A DNA stretch of 64,000 bases from Lama guanicoe (Eukaryota): the NCBI GenBank assembly GCA_013239625.1, contig MU053881.1, positions 5,479,957-5,543,956 of the forward strand. Direction: 5' to 3'. The position numbers and the translations under genes were made by a program. Below the pieces are notes generated by a model, which had not been told where the DNA came from, ran no database searches, and saw only the letters and a program-made list of their open reading frames with translations. Positions 38,346 through 51,680 of this stretch are shown one piece after another; the stretch's first letter is position 1; every line of letters begins with the position of its first letter.

Positions 38346-41300
38346 GCTTCCCTCCCCAAAACTACCTGTAAACTGACAGAAGAAAAAGTCCCTGTATTCT
38401 GAAGAACATAACTCTAGATGAAGCTATCCCCCCGCCCTTCCACCTAGTAGAATGAACCATCTGAAAGTTTATTACTTAAAAGGTGCAGTGTACTGGTGTT
38501 TGGTAACCATATTCTTAGTCCCAGTTTTATGTAACACTACCCTTCTCAGTGAAGTTGTTTTGCGTGTGTTTATGGGGTTTAATTGTGTGCTTTTATACAT
38601 GTTTAATAAGACTCACCCATTAAAAAAGTGGTTGAAATACTGTGCTGCGGTTAGGCTCTCCTGTTGCCTGTTCGTACGCTCAGGCGATTGGTAAGTAGAC
38701 TTAGACTCTAAGAAGCAGCGCCGGGAAGTCTCTGTGAGGTCATTGTGTTCATTTTTTTCCTCTCAGTAAAGGTAGCTCAAGCAACATTAGAAATTATATA
38801 TATGTGCCTCTAAAATTAGCCTCTAATTGCTTAATTTTTATAAACTTCAGGATGGAGGCATAATCAAAGTTCTCATTTCTACTTATTATAAAATTGTAGC
38901 GTAAAAAATGGTGTATCTTACGTAAGTGTGCATACGTGTGATCTTCAGTGCCTGATCTGGTATAGATGCTGAGTACTTGATACCTGGAGGCTGACAGACC
39001 GGAAAACTGCATTACCTCTTCCCTTGTGGGATTCCTCCTTGGAGAGCGTATCTTCGAAGGAATGAATCAGGTGGTAAATCGGATGGGGCTGGATGGGGCT
39101 GGTACTGCTCAGTTAGCTTTTCCGTTGTCATACCAGAGACATTCTGTTGGTCATAATGAAGCCTGTGAAAGATGAATGAGTGCTACTAGAAAAACAGCTC
39201 AACACATGCTTCATTTTGAGTGAACCTTCGAAATTGATTTAGTATGTGAAAGAAAACACACTTCTCAGCCCTGGTAGGATGTGCAGTGCTGTCCTGGAAA
39301 GGGAGCTCTGAACTTTGAATCTGATCATCTGGATTCTAGTCTTGGCTCTTTTTGACCTTGAGCAAGTCATTTATCCTCGTTAGGTCTTCTGTCAAATAGT
39401 GAGGTTGGCTCATACCATCTAAGGTCTCTTCCACCTGTAAATTCTCAGACAGTAGAGCAGATAAGGGTATGATATTGACTGTTGGCGTGCTTTTATTTTA
39501 GGCATTTTAATCCCAATATCCCTGTTTTTATTTTGGCAGTTAGTTGCTTTAGGGAATATGTGTGTGTATGTATGTGCATATATATATATAACGTATTCTA
39601 AATTTACATGAGAATAAAATATTTTATGGCTGTCATTTTAGGCTAGCACAATCTGTTACAGAAGGGTTCTGTAGGATCTATTCTTAACTCTTGAAGTTAC
39701 AGAAAAATTTCCCTTTCGTTTTCGTGCTGTTAAGACTCTATAATCAGTCTAAAATAGGTGCAGTATCCTGGTCCTGTTCCTTGCTGCTTTAAAGTCTTCA
39801 GAATTCTTTTAAACAACATTTTTCCGTTTGTTGGTGATCTTTTAAATATTCAGTTTTTTCCCCTCAGGCTGTTGGTGTTAGGGAAACTGATGCTTCGAGT
39901 TTTCAATATGTTAAAGCTGTTATTTCCTGAGCCATATCTTGATATTTACCGTACCTGTGCATTATGGCCTCTCCTTCCTTCATTTGAAAAGTCTCAATAT
40001 TAAATCAATTTTCAAAGAGGAACCCAAAAAAGAAAAAAAATTATAAGCATACTTCACTTCGGAGATCATTGTTTTTAATCAATAAAATGTCAAAATGAGT
40101 TGCACGGTGCATTCAGTTGTAGAGTAGAACTTATTTATGTTGCCGTTTAGCTCTGAGAAGCAAATCTTTTTGGGTTTCTTACATGTTAGATGTATTTTTC
40201 ATATGGGAAGAAATGTTGAAAAGTTACAAAGAATATGATCAAGAGGCTTGTGAGAAGGTGAGTTTTTGGCAGTTTTGAAAGTAAATACGGATTGATAGAA
40301 AAAGAGTGTTTTCTGAAATAACTTAGATTTTTTCCAAAAAAATTGGATTTCTATATTAATCTTTTATTTGTTGTATGTTAAACCATGGAATAAAACTTAG
40401 TTTGGTTGGTTGCCTGCAATTTAAATTTAGAAACATATTTGGGAATAGGAACTGTTTCCTGTCTTTAAATTTATTGTTAGAGCATAGTACTTAGTCCCAG
40501 ATACGGTGATTGATACTTAGCATCTCTCTCTGTATTAGGCATCAGAAGATGTGTGAAGCAGATAAATCTGAAAGTTTAGGGCATAAAATGTCATCTAATT
40601 GAGTATATATTATTTTTTATGTCTTCTTAATAATTGAAAATAGTTGACTTGGTTCAAACAAAGCTGCTTAGCTGCTAAGCTGATTTCTGTGTTACAAGTA
40701 TTTTCAGAAATACAGGTTTGTGATACCACCTAAAATCAAAGCACAGATTTGGTGAGCAAATTCTTAGGAAATGTACTCTGATAAGTGCACAGGAAGTACA
40801 TGACAATCATAGAACAGTTCTGTTTTAAATTAAGGAAGATACTTTGTGCTATATTCTCAGAATAGCAGGTTCTGTTCAGAAATTATGAAAAGAAAAATTA
40901 GTCTGTATTTTTTTCAAAAATGTTTAAAGATTTTAAAGTTTCATATATACTTACAAATTTATTTTTACTTATTTAACAAACACTTATTTGTGGTTTATTG
41001 TAAGTGCTGTACAATGTTAATTTATTAAATCTTTGTAACAATCCTAAATATTTTCATGAAGAGAAGTATTTCAAGAGGATAGTTTAAGTGCTTTTGCTAA
41101 ATTTTCTTTTTTTTCCCCAGTTAATTTGACAAAGGTAACTTAGACAAACCACATTTAGTTTAACGTGAACATTGTAACCTCATGTTTTGTAGTGAAAATT
41201 TTGTACTGCTCAGTGGTTTCACTAAAATAATACTTTATGTTAAAAGATTTAAGTATTTTAATGGGGGATATTGGATAGGCAGATACTCTGTTACAGATGT

Positions 41301-43662
41301 TTGTGATACAGGGAAAAGCAGAGACCTAGACAGAAATAAAGGTAAGCTTTACTTCATCTCCCAAGCATTTATTTTGTCTTACTGTTTTTTGCACGAAGTA
41401 ATTACTTTGGAATTTTTTTACAGCATATAGATTTGAAAATTCATTTGGAAAAATGATTATCCCTAGTTAGCATAATGTATCATCTATCCTTTTTAAGGGA
41501 CTTTATTGTTATTCCTTCTCAGATCAGGGGAGATAAAATAAAGCTCTCATATTTGTAAGGAAGGTGCTTTTTACTTTTTCCAAAGTATTTTCTACCTTTA
41601 TTATGAGGTAGTTTTTCTCTTGGGTTCCTCTCTTTGAGGGCCCTTCAGTTTTTTTGGTTTAAGTACCAAGATTGTGAAGATTTTGTTGTTTTTGCTTTTG
41701 CCTTGTGATTTTCTCAGTGACATTTATACCAACTTTCTGGCACATTTAATACATACCATGCTAGACAGTTCTCTGGAACTACTAAAGTACACATGGAATT
41801 TGACTCAAATAGGTATCTTATTTTAGTATTGAATAGTTCAGATAGGTATCTTATTTGAATATTGAATTAGATACCTGTTTAGGTGCCTGTGGTGTCCTGT
41901 CTTCTACTCCCTGCTCAGTAAGCTAATAGTGAGTGTTGTCTCTAAACTATTTATGACTCATGTAAAGGTAAATTTTACTTTATTGGTGAAATCAGTAGGA
42001 GGCAGAATGTGATTATCTGACATATTCTGAACACCTTTTGGGTAATAATGCTCTATCTGCATTTATCTGTATTATTTAGAAGATGCAGGGAAAAGTCATT
42101 ACTGTAGATGACATTTCTCACATTTGAATTGAACCTGATACGTACATCTATAGTGTTAGCCTTAGTGGACATTCAGTAAATATTTGTTAATTAAATAAGG
42201 AGACTTGGGTTCTATTTTCAACTCTTCTACTAAATAGACAATATTCCTTTTCTGCTGTATACACCCTTTTAGAACTCAACTGGTTTGCATTTCACTAGGA
42301 CAAATTAGAGGACCAAAAAGTACAGTGAATCAAAATACTGAGTGTTTTAAGAGAAAAAGAGCTGGCAGTGGCATGGTGTGCTGCTCCGAAGGTGAGAGGA
42401 CCAGACCTGATGCGTGCTGCCTTGAGATAAAGTGGGCAGATTGGGTGATGAGAACGTGATTTAATCCAGGTGTCAAACCACATACACTTTGCAGCATTAA
42501 TTGGTCCTGTCATCTGGGAATATAGCCTGGTATACGGCATAGAGATTGCCTAGGGGCTTGAGTCATTTTGTTTTATTTCTGTTATGAATAGGCCAAATTT
42601 CATTTGGCCCTGGGCTAGTGAGAGTGCTTAATTTGAGGATTCTTTAGAACCATTTTGAGAGTAATTTCTTTAAATTAGTATTCCTTCAATTAAATATAGA
42701 ACTTTGAATTTTGACACACACCCTCTCCTTCCTACCCACTCTGTCATTTATTTCCCACCCACTCTTACCCAACACTCCATCAAGCTTCACTTTTCTTCTT
42801 ACCTGTTCTTCCGTCTATTTGACAATTTCGTATCTATGGCGCTGTATAAGATAAGAATGTCTCTATCATATGCCAGGTGAGTATCTGGGTGCAAAGAAGC
42901 TGCATCAGACTTGTTCTAGCAGTACTGCCTGTTACATTCTCTGAGAAGCCATGCTGTCATTTAGAGCAAAAAGGGAATGGACTCTAACCCTCTTTTTTTC
43001 TCCTCTTGAATTGAAACTCTGGTAGGGTGTTGTAGTTCTCCTTGTGGTTGAGACCTTCTCCCCTGGCCCAGCATCAAGGATCGCCTGTTCAATCCTAGTT
43101 CCTCCAAAGAGTAAAGCACTACCTCTCTCCCTCATCCCTTTCTATCATCAGGTTTCCTTGTGGATCTGATGGTTTGGCTGTTCTTCCTTTGGACACCACA
43201 AAGCAGTCTTTTTCCTCCCTCTTTGGGGTTTCTCAGTTCCTGCTTTCCGACTTCATATGTTCAGGGTTCAAGAGATTCAAGCTACTGCTGCCATTTGGGG
43301 TTTTTTCCCCTAGCATCTCACCTCTTTTTGACGACATCTTTACTCTTTGTAAATCCTGCCACTATTGTCTGATGGAATACTTACTACTATTTTTCTACAT
43401 AATTTAAAAAATTATCTTTTGGAGAAGGCAGGCTGAATGGAAAAGAGCTAAAACTTGTCAATGGAAGGTTTGGATAGAGCCACCTATTTGCTCTTGTAGA
43501 TCTAAAATAGGTTAGGGGAATTTCAGAATGCAAAAATTAACTAGTAGGCCAACTTCTAGCCATAATTTTGAGGAGAGAATCAGAGAAGAATGACCAGATA
43601 AACTATTATTACATCTTTTATAAATTTTGGTTTTGATGTCAGCCTTTTATTTTTCTTCTCAG

Positions 43663-43899
43663 TTGCTTTAGGTCGTAACCAGCCTTTGAAAAAGGAGAAA
43701 CCCAAATGGAAAAGTGATTATCCCATGACAGATGGACAACTGCGCAGCAAGAGAGACGAATTTTGGGATACTGCACCAGCTTTTGAAGGCCGTAAAGAGA
43801 TTTGGGACGCCTTGAAGGCTGCAGCACATGCTTTTGAGAGCAATGATCATGAACTGGCACAAGCAATCATTGATGGTGCAAATATAACATTACCACATG
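43663..43899 (+). CDS. UBTD2: UBTD2 coding exon 2 (237 nt, phase 1-1)
   Basis: Acceptor ttttcttctcag|TT. Encodes (V)[78 protein letters not shown](G), the DC-UbP N-terminal domain. Donor CATG|gtaggt. Confidence 0.97.
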
Positions 43900-44098
43900 G
43901 TAGGTTTGTTTGTCCTCAGGGACCAAGTGGAACATCATCAGCTCCTTTCTAAGAGCAAGAAACCAACTGGGAAGTGTTCATTTTCTTGCTATGCGTTGTT
44001 CTAATTTTTTTTTTTTGTAGCAAAAGAGGAGCATTCCTCTTTGCTTCTTTGTATATCTTTCAGCTTGAGATAAGTTTATATTGTGTGTGTGTGTGTGG

Positions 44099-44762
44099 TT
44101 TTTTTTTTTAATTTTATTTTATTGAGTTATAGTCAGTTTACAGTGTGTCATTTTCCAGTGTAGAGCACAATTTTTCACCCATACATGAACATACATATAT
44201 TCATTGTCACATTCTTTTTCACCATCAGCTACCACAAGATCTTGTATATATTTCCCTGTGCTATACAGTATAAATTTGTTTATCTGTTCTATATATACCT
44301 GTCAGTATCTACAAATTTTGAACTCCCAGTCTGTCGCTTCCCACCCCTTCCCCTGGCAACCACAAGTTTGTATTTTATGTCTATGAGTCTGTTTCTGTGT
44401 TATATTTAAGTTCATCTTCTTCCTTAGTCTTTTTTTTTTTAACTTGGTTTTTTATATTTATTGGGGGGGAGGTAATTAGGTTTATTTATTTTTATTTACT
44501 TTTTAATGGAGGTACTGGGGTTTGAACCCAGTACCTCATGCATGCTAAGTTTATTTTCTTCTTCTCCTTCTCCTTCTTCTTCTTCTCCTTCTTCTCCTTT
44601 TCCTTCTCCTCCTCCTTTTTTTTAAGATTCCACATATGAGTGATATAATACGGTATTTTTCTTTCTCTTTCTGGCTTACTTCACTTAGAATGACATTCTC
44701 CATGTTGCTACAAATGGCGTTATGTTGTGAGTTTTTATGGCTGAATAGTATTACATTGTATT
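44099..44762 (-). mobile_element. L1 3' end interrupted by a SINE and a (CTT/CCT)n tract
   Basis: Poly-T then attgagttatagtcagtttacagtgtgtc; resumes agattccacatatgagtgatataatacggtattttt. Confidence 0.85.
44430..44550 (-). mobile_element. tRNA-Ala-derived SINE (vic-1-like), 5' truncated
   Basis: Minus strand reads cttagcatgcatgaggtactgggttcaaaccccagtacctcc...aaacctaattacctcccc plus an A-rich tail. Homologous to 46654-46790. Confidence 0.85.
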
Positions 44763-46653
44763 TTTAAATCTCAAGAAAGGGAACACTTGATAAACCTGTA
44801 TTTTACAACTTCTGTATAATCTAGTTCTCCATCAAGTTCTCCCCCTGCCCCAGTATTGTAGAGCTTCTACTTCAGTGGTTCCTACTAACAATGGAGAGAA
44901 GTCGTCTCAGGTTTAGCTCTCGGAAGCCATAGAGACTCAGTGGACAAACCTTTAGTCATTATCCTTTCTCGCCTCTGCTAAAGCCGGGCTGCCAGACATA
45001 AGTTTAATATAATTCCCAGCCAAGTGTTTGCATGAGAGAGCCTGTCAGTTGTTAGTCCTGAAAGACTGCTCGTAATAGCTGGATGAAGGGTAATTTTGAT
45101 GGCCCTTTTGACGTTATTGTGAGGCTTGTAGAAAACGCCATGAAGCATAAAGCAGTGGACTCAGATGTGATGAAACTTTGGTCCTTTGTGATATTGCTGT
45201 TGGTGAGCTCTCCTCCATGAGTCTGGTTCTGAGATTTAAAACCTGAGTGAGAAGGAAACTGACATTGAGTGTTTAGTGTATGTGCTGGTCACTTTTGCAT
45301 ATGTTTTATTTAATCCTTAGACAACAACTTTGTGAGGTAGATACTGTAGTCCTTGAAACAGACTGAATGTATCCAAGATTAGGATCTAAATAAAAATTTG
45401 AGTGTGGTGACCCCAAAGCCACTGTTCCTTCTTTCAGGTTCACTGCTTCTCCACTCTTCTGTTCCTCTGTCAAGCTGAGCAGTGGGCTGCCTGAATCATA
45501 GGTCTAACCCGCTGTTTCTTTCCTTCCCATTACTTCTGTTATTTCAGTGATCTTGTCCTTTTTAGCTGTGTCCTAGTCACTTACATGTTTAGGTCTTCAG
45601 TTGCCATAGGAAGTCACATTTTTTGGAAAGTGAAAGAATTCATGCCTTCTGGGTCAGTTAGAAAAGTGAAGTCCGGCTGAATAAAGACATCCTTTCTCAT
45701 CCTTGGAAGAGGCCCCCAATGTGACAGAGTCCTTGCAGTTCTGGACATTGCTTTCTTAATTTCTTAATTCATTTTGGGAAATTAAATTAATTAATTTCTA
45801 TATCAGATTGCCAGTATGTTTTAAATATTAGATTTTTTCAGCTATGTTGATGTGTACTGAAGAATACTGAACACACATTTAAAGTGTACAGTTTGATCAA
45901 CTTTGACATGTAAGCACCCATGAAACCATCACCACAGTCAAAATAACATTTTCATATCCTCCAAAGTTTTCTTTAACTTTTACAGATTTGTTCATATAGC
46001 TCTGCAAGTCTCTAGTGGTAAAAAAATTCGAGACTGAGCTGCAGTCCTTCAGGAGTGAGCATAGAGGGAGTACTGGTAGAGAGGCCTTTCTATGCTTAAA
46101 AAGATATCTTTCTTTTTAACCTGAAAGACTACTTGAGAAAAGAACAAGTATTAGACTTTCTGACATTTAGTGAAGCTGTTTTTATTATTTGGCACATCAT
46201 TTAGTTTTATTTTTATAATTTTCTTGTGAAATATTTTGCAGCCTAATTAAAAACAGTCGTAGAAAACAGTTGACCAAGGAAAACAGAGTATCTGAGCCAG
46301 TCATCTAGATAGAAGATAAATAAGAACAACTTCAGAAAATTATGTATGAAATCGGAACAGAAGGTAGAGTCTTGGCAGCTTTCTTCCTACCATGGGGACA
46401 TTTCAGGGCTTCCTGACCTGGAGAGGCAATGGCCTGGCACTCATTTGTCCTGGTGGCCATCTGCCTCTGCTGGGACTCAAGGCCTATAATGGGTTTTTGA
46501 GGAGAAGGGAAAAAAAGGACAAGTGTACTTCCACAGAGGATGTTTGGTGGGCAGCGTAAGCAAGCCTGGCTAGAACGTCTTTAGAACTAGTGGAGAATTG
46601 TTAAGTGAACTTCACCGTCAGTGGCCAGTGGGCAATGATTAAAACCTTTTGTA

Positions 46654-46790
46654 GGGGGGAGGGTGCAGCTCAGTAGTAGAGTGCATGCATGCTAAGCATG
46701 CATGAGGCCCTGGGTTCAATCCCCAGTACCTCCTCTAACAATAAGTAAGTAAACCTAATTACCTCCTCCGACCAAAAAAAAAAAAAAAAA
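46654..46790 (+). mobile_element. tRNA-Ala-derived SINE (vic-1-like), full length
   Basis: A-box-like gcagctcagtagtag, B box ggttcaatccc, A17 tail, TSD accttttgt (46644-46652 and 46792-46800), tt|aaaa endonuclease site. Confidence 0.9.
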
Positions 46791-47319
46791 CACCTTTTGT
46801 TAATTGTAAACGCTCACATAACTAGGAGTGATTTTGGAAAGGTAGAAAAATCCCTGTTAACAGGGTTCTTTGCCTTTTGTGTTTAAACATGGGGTTTCTT
46901 TAAGAAAAACTCTCCATCTTCTAGCCATGCCCTGTTGTTTTGCACATTCCTCTCAAATATTGTAAGTGAGTTTACAGTGATGTGTCCATTCTGTCACTAC
47001 ATATGGTGACCTCACAGCACTGAAGCATCTTACCGCCTTCTTTTGCCTCATCTTCCAGATCCTTCTTTGACCTGTCATTAGCATCATTGGTGAGTATGTT
47101 GTTAGGCAGCAATTGGAGTGTCATTTCTTGCCCCTTATGATTCATTTTTGGCTTTTAATCCCTTTATATTTGTCCTCTGCCTTTTTCCAACTGCATTTCT
47201 TCCTTCCCATTAACCATATCATTAACCTGGGAGTCTTGTAGAACTATGCCAAGCCCTGTAGTCTCTTCCCTATGTTATGCATTGACTTCTTCAGGAATCA
47301 GATTATTTTATTCTGTTAC

Positions 47320-47470
47320 TTACTGTCTCTGACCTTGGGCAAGCTACTTCTCTCTGCTCCAGCTTTCCCATTTGTGAAATGAGTATGATAGACTTAACTT
47401 AGAGGGCTGTTGTGAGGATTAAATGTTAATGTATGTTAAGTGCTTAGAGCTAGTAAGCACTCTGTGTTTC
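47320..47470. mobile_element. MIR SINE
   Basis: tgaccttgggcaagctactt...tttcccatttgtgaaatgag...gttgtgaggattaaatg. Confidence 0.8.
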
Positions 47471-47631
47471 CATTTATGTTTGAACTTGTACATTCGAGAT
47501 TCTTACTCTGCAAATCGCTTTTACCCTTTCCCCAGTATGCTTCTTCAGTTACCTTCAGATGATTCAGTTGAAGTATCTCCCCGAAACTGAAGCAGTTAAG
47601 AAACTAAGCAGAGACCCTTGTAACCCTAAAT

Positions 47632-47696
47632 TCTCCCTCCCTCTCGCTCTCTCACTTTCTCTCGCTCGCTTGTGCTCGCGCGCTCGCGCTCGCTCT

Positions 47697-47748
<52 letters not shown>

Positions 47749-47760
47749 CGCGTGCGTGTT
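47632..47760. repeat. Compound (CT)n / (CTCG)n / (CG,TG) microsatellite
   Basis: Directly visible. Confidence 0.95.
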
Positions 47761-50700
47761 TCCTTGTTAGGTGATTCTCCTTTCCTAACCTGTCTCAGAT
47801 CCTACCAGTTACCACTGATTCTCTCAGATCCATTTCTTTCCATTGCTAGTCAGGCATTTTAGCAGGTCCCCCTGATTCCAGTCAGTCATTCTTCATCAAA
47901 TTATAAAATAATCTTTAGGCTTTGTCTTGTTCACTAGCATAACTCTAGCACCTGGAGCATTGCTTGGCATGCAGCAGGCACTCAGTATTTGTTGGATGAA
48001 TGACTCGTGAGCCTGTATTAGCTTCCTCTGGAAATTTCCCCCAAGTCTAAACTCCTGAACTCTTCTATTAGATTTTCACTGTTGCTGTTTATTTAGTAAT
48101 TTCACACCATTGAATATGTCTTCCACCTCAGCACAGCCCCCTGCTACTGCCTGCTTATTTTGTACTAGTTCTTGCTTCCATATCATTCCTGTTTCTCGGG
48201 ATGCCCTTCATTTGTAGTCTGTCATGCCCAGAACACACTATTTCTACAGAATTTTTGCTTCTTGGCTCTACAAGCTCTAGTCACATTTCTGTTGTGTGAC
48301 ATCTCAGCTCCTGTTTGATTTTCAGTGTATCGATTTGTACCTAAATCTTTGGTGGGTATGCTGCATCTGTTCAACTTGATTATAAGCTCCTGGCGATCAA
48401 GGACGATCTCGGCTCTCGTGTAACCTTCTCTACTCAGTGCCAGTGACATACCCTACACACTGCCAGGTGTTTGGTAAATGTTCGTGCAGCGACTCTATGG
48501 AACTTGAGAATTGTTTTCTAGCGGTCCTTATGAAGTCCTAGAGAGACTGTATGATAGAGACCACTATTAGCAAAGCAGTTTTGTTTTTAATAAAGAGATA
48601 TGTATGGGGCCATTAAAGGGTGGAGAATTTGGAGGTGTGTAATTGTCAAGAGTTCGGGCCTACAGAGGAGTCATTCTGCTCTGAATAGGTGATTCTGAGA
48701 TAATACTCAGCTCTGGGCTATATTGATTATTTTTATTGATACTTTATGATCCCAGATATTTAATTTGAGGAGGGGGTAACCCATAAAACTGTAGCCTAAA
48801 ATGTAATTAAATCATATTTGACTTCATGGCCCAAATTTTTCCCATTTAGTTTTTAGTTTAAAACTAAAGCATATTTATAACTTGATTACAGTATAATTTC
48901 ATGACAGGCAGAAGTAAGGAAAAGAATAAACCAAAATTCACTTTAAATAAAACACAAGTTAACCTTTCCCTGAAATACTGGAATATGGGAGCTTCTAAGC
49001 AATACAGAGTCTGGGTAGCTTATTTCCAGCATCATAGATATGAGGCTGCCTGAGCCAGAATAAGAAGCTATGCCATCTAGGTGTACCTCTCCTGGGGAGT
49101 TTTTATTCTCAGCCATTTGAGTTCTGAAACTGAACCCCTGGCTTGCTGGGCTGAAGGACAGAAGGGGAAAGACTCAGTTTTCCATTGTGATGAAAAGAGT
49201 GAGCGTTCAGATCTGGGAAAAGCCAAAGTTCCTGTAAGATTGTGCGTTTGTTTTGAGGTTGGCATGCACTGCTGTGTTAGCACTGTACCAAAGGCTGCTG
49301 TGGCCTATTGTCCTAGTTTCTGGGGAGGCTGAAAATGCAGGCTGTCTATTGGTCAAGACATTTTTCTGCCTACAGTTTGACTGCTTTGGTTCACACTCCT
49401 ATTTTCTGTCTGTTGTGGTGCATGAAGGTGAAGCAGCATGTTTCAGCCTGGAAGCCATTCTAGAGGTCGTTTTTATCCTGCCTCATTTTGCTAATTGAGA
49501 TAAATATTACAGGTTAAAGAATGTTGCTCAAGGTTGTGCACCTGGTTAGTAATTACCTGGTTAGTAACCAGGCTGGGGGTGTCATCTTGGTCTACTGATC
49601 CCAAAGGCAGTGCTTTAGAATGGTGCCTCTCTAAGAGACTGTTTTCTAGCAGGACAGTTATGTAAATATGCTCTTGTGCCTATCAGGCTGACACTCCTGA
49701 CCCCAATATCAGTGGGATGTGTATCTGAAGGTGTTAAGAGAGGTGATGAGTCTGTGGTGAACTCTTGGCCTTCTCTTTTCTAGTTCTCCTGATGGCCAGC
49801 CCATCTGGAAAAAAGACACTGGTAGGTTTCTTTGCCTTATGACTCTATCAAGGCCATGTCAAGTATGTGAACAGTGAAGTCTGCACAACTGACTGACTAT
49901 TTGTAAATAACGTTGACACCACAGTGTAATGGTTACTAGTGTGGGGAACTGCTGGTGATCACAACTATGCTTGAAACATATCCATTTCTACAGTATCATA
50001 GCAGTGTTCAGATTAATTAGTGAACAACACAGAGGCTGAACATTATCTTTAAACACAGAGGAAAGGGGAGACTCTCATGTATTAATGCTGGTGACTGAGT
50101 TCTCACCCCAGCCCATCTTATGTAACTTAGAAGGCAGGGCCCAGTTCAGCCCATGGTGGATTGGTGACGGTTTCAGTCTCATTTGGGATGTATTTTCAGC
50201 CTGTTGATAGTGACCACAGAAATCAGTTTATTGACTCATTTGTTCATTGTTAGCCATTCCTCGGTGTTCCACTCCCCATATTCATTAGCTTCTGTATGAG
50301 TGCTTTGAATAAGGTAGATGTTTTTGGGTTTTATCCAAATTGATAATCAGCTGACATTAATGTTCCATATTGAGCAAAGGACACATTATGAATAACGTTA
50401 CAAGAAAACATACATTAAATATGCTTTGAAGCTCCCCAAGGGAAGGTTTGGTAATTATAAAGAAATTAGCCATTAATACTATCTTTTAAACCATAAACAC
50501 TTTTTTCCCCTCCCCTGAGCTAGTGGGTTATAAACTTCATACCCCTTTTGTTCTTCCTTTTTAACTCATAGCTTCTCTATAACAGACTGATTAATTAGAG
50601 TTAAGTAAAACACCTCAGGCGTCTCTCTGGTAGTTGTACTAGTGAGATTCACATATAGACCCTAAGCCCGTGGCAGCTGGTGAGCTTGTCATCTTTCTTT

Positions 50701-50947
50701 TGTGATCTCTTTAGACTGAGGACTCTTGGCCAGGTGCTTTAATGTCAGGAGTCCAGGCACTAAGAAAACTGCTCTGGAACACTGTGTTGTGAAGAATTGG
50801 GCTTAGGGGTTTGGGGGGTGGGGTTGCTTTTTTTTTTTTTTAAAGGTTAGATGGTTAATTTCTTAAAAAGATATCCCAGTGCAATTTGAATCTCCTGTAA
50901 TTTAGTCTAAGCATCGTTACTATTAGTAAACTTGAATTTTATGTTGC

Positions 50948-51016
50948 TTTCTTTTTTCTTTTCTTTTCTTTTCTTTTCTTTTCTTTTCTTTTCTTTTTTC
51001 TTTTCTTTTCTTTTTT
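50948..51016. repeat. (TTTTC)n microsatellite
   Basis: Directly visible pentanucleotide tract. Confidence 0.95.
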
Positions 51017-51282
51017 AATGAAAGTGTGAGTTAGATATGAAATGACTTAGAAGTGGGGGTAAGGAGCCAGTGTCTTGGTTAATGTAAAATTCGATAAACA
51101 CTCAAGTAGTTGGTCATGGGCCTTGATAATGATCCTTGAAGATCAGCTGACAGATCAGCCTTATTTTACATTTTTTCCTCTATAGTGAGTGGCAAGCTGG
51201 CAAGAGATGTTTGAGCATTTTGCAAGATGTAAACAAAAATACATTCATTTGGATTAAACTCTCATATATTCTCTTTCTGAAG

Positions 51283-51680
51283 GTGCACTTACAGAGTGCT
51301 ATGATGAACTGGGAAATAGATACCAGCTTCCAGTCTACTGCTTGGCACCACCAATCAACATGATAGAGGAAAAGAGCGACATAGAGACTCTGGATATTCC
51401 TGAGCCGCCGCCCAATTCTGGATATGAATCTCAGCTCCGTTTGCGCCTTTCCACTGGCAAAGACCTCAAACTCGTGGTCCGCAGCACAGACACAGTGTAC
51501 CACATGAAGAGGCGGCTACATGCAGCAGAAGGAGTGGAACCGAGTAGTCAGCGGTGGTTCTTCTCTGGTCGACCGCTCACCGACAAAATGAAGTTGGAAG
51601 AGCTGAAGATCCCAAAGGACTACGTTGTACAGGTTATAATGAGCCAGCCTTTGCAAAACCCGACACCAGTGGAGAACTGA
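51283..51680 (+). CDS. UBTD2: UBTD2 coding exon 3 (ubiquitin-like domain and stop)
   Basis: Acceptor ctctttctgaag|GT. Encodes (G)[32 protein letters not shown]...[13 protein letters not shown]...[13 protein letters not shown]...NPTPVEN*. Exon lengths 70+237+398 = 705 nt = 234 aa plus stop. Confidence 0.97.

Noticed and set aside
38640..38696. Small CpG cluster with consensus donor TG|GTAAGT, a possible alternative UBTD2 exon
   Set aside because: The frame that would join exon 2 has a stop at 38633-38635 and no ATG. There is no other support from the sequence alone.
40151..40263. Candidate cassette exon with strong donor AAG|GTGAGT
   Set aside because: The acceptor is weak, 107 nt would shift the frame, and such pseudo-exons are common in a 31-kb intron.
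46654..46735. Possible tRNA-Ala gene
   Set aside because: The anticodon arm is disrupted, and it has a SINE tail, poly-A and TSD, so it is a SINE.
49540..49572. 13-bp tandem duplication with a short palindrome (cctggtta-g-taaccagg)
   Set aside because: Lies in a decayed MIR-like segment and looks like an ordinary microduplication.
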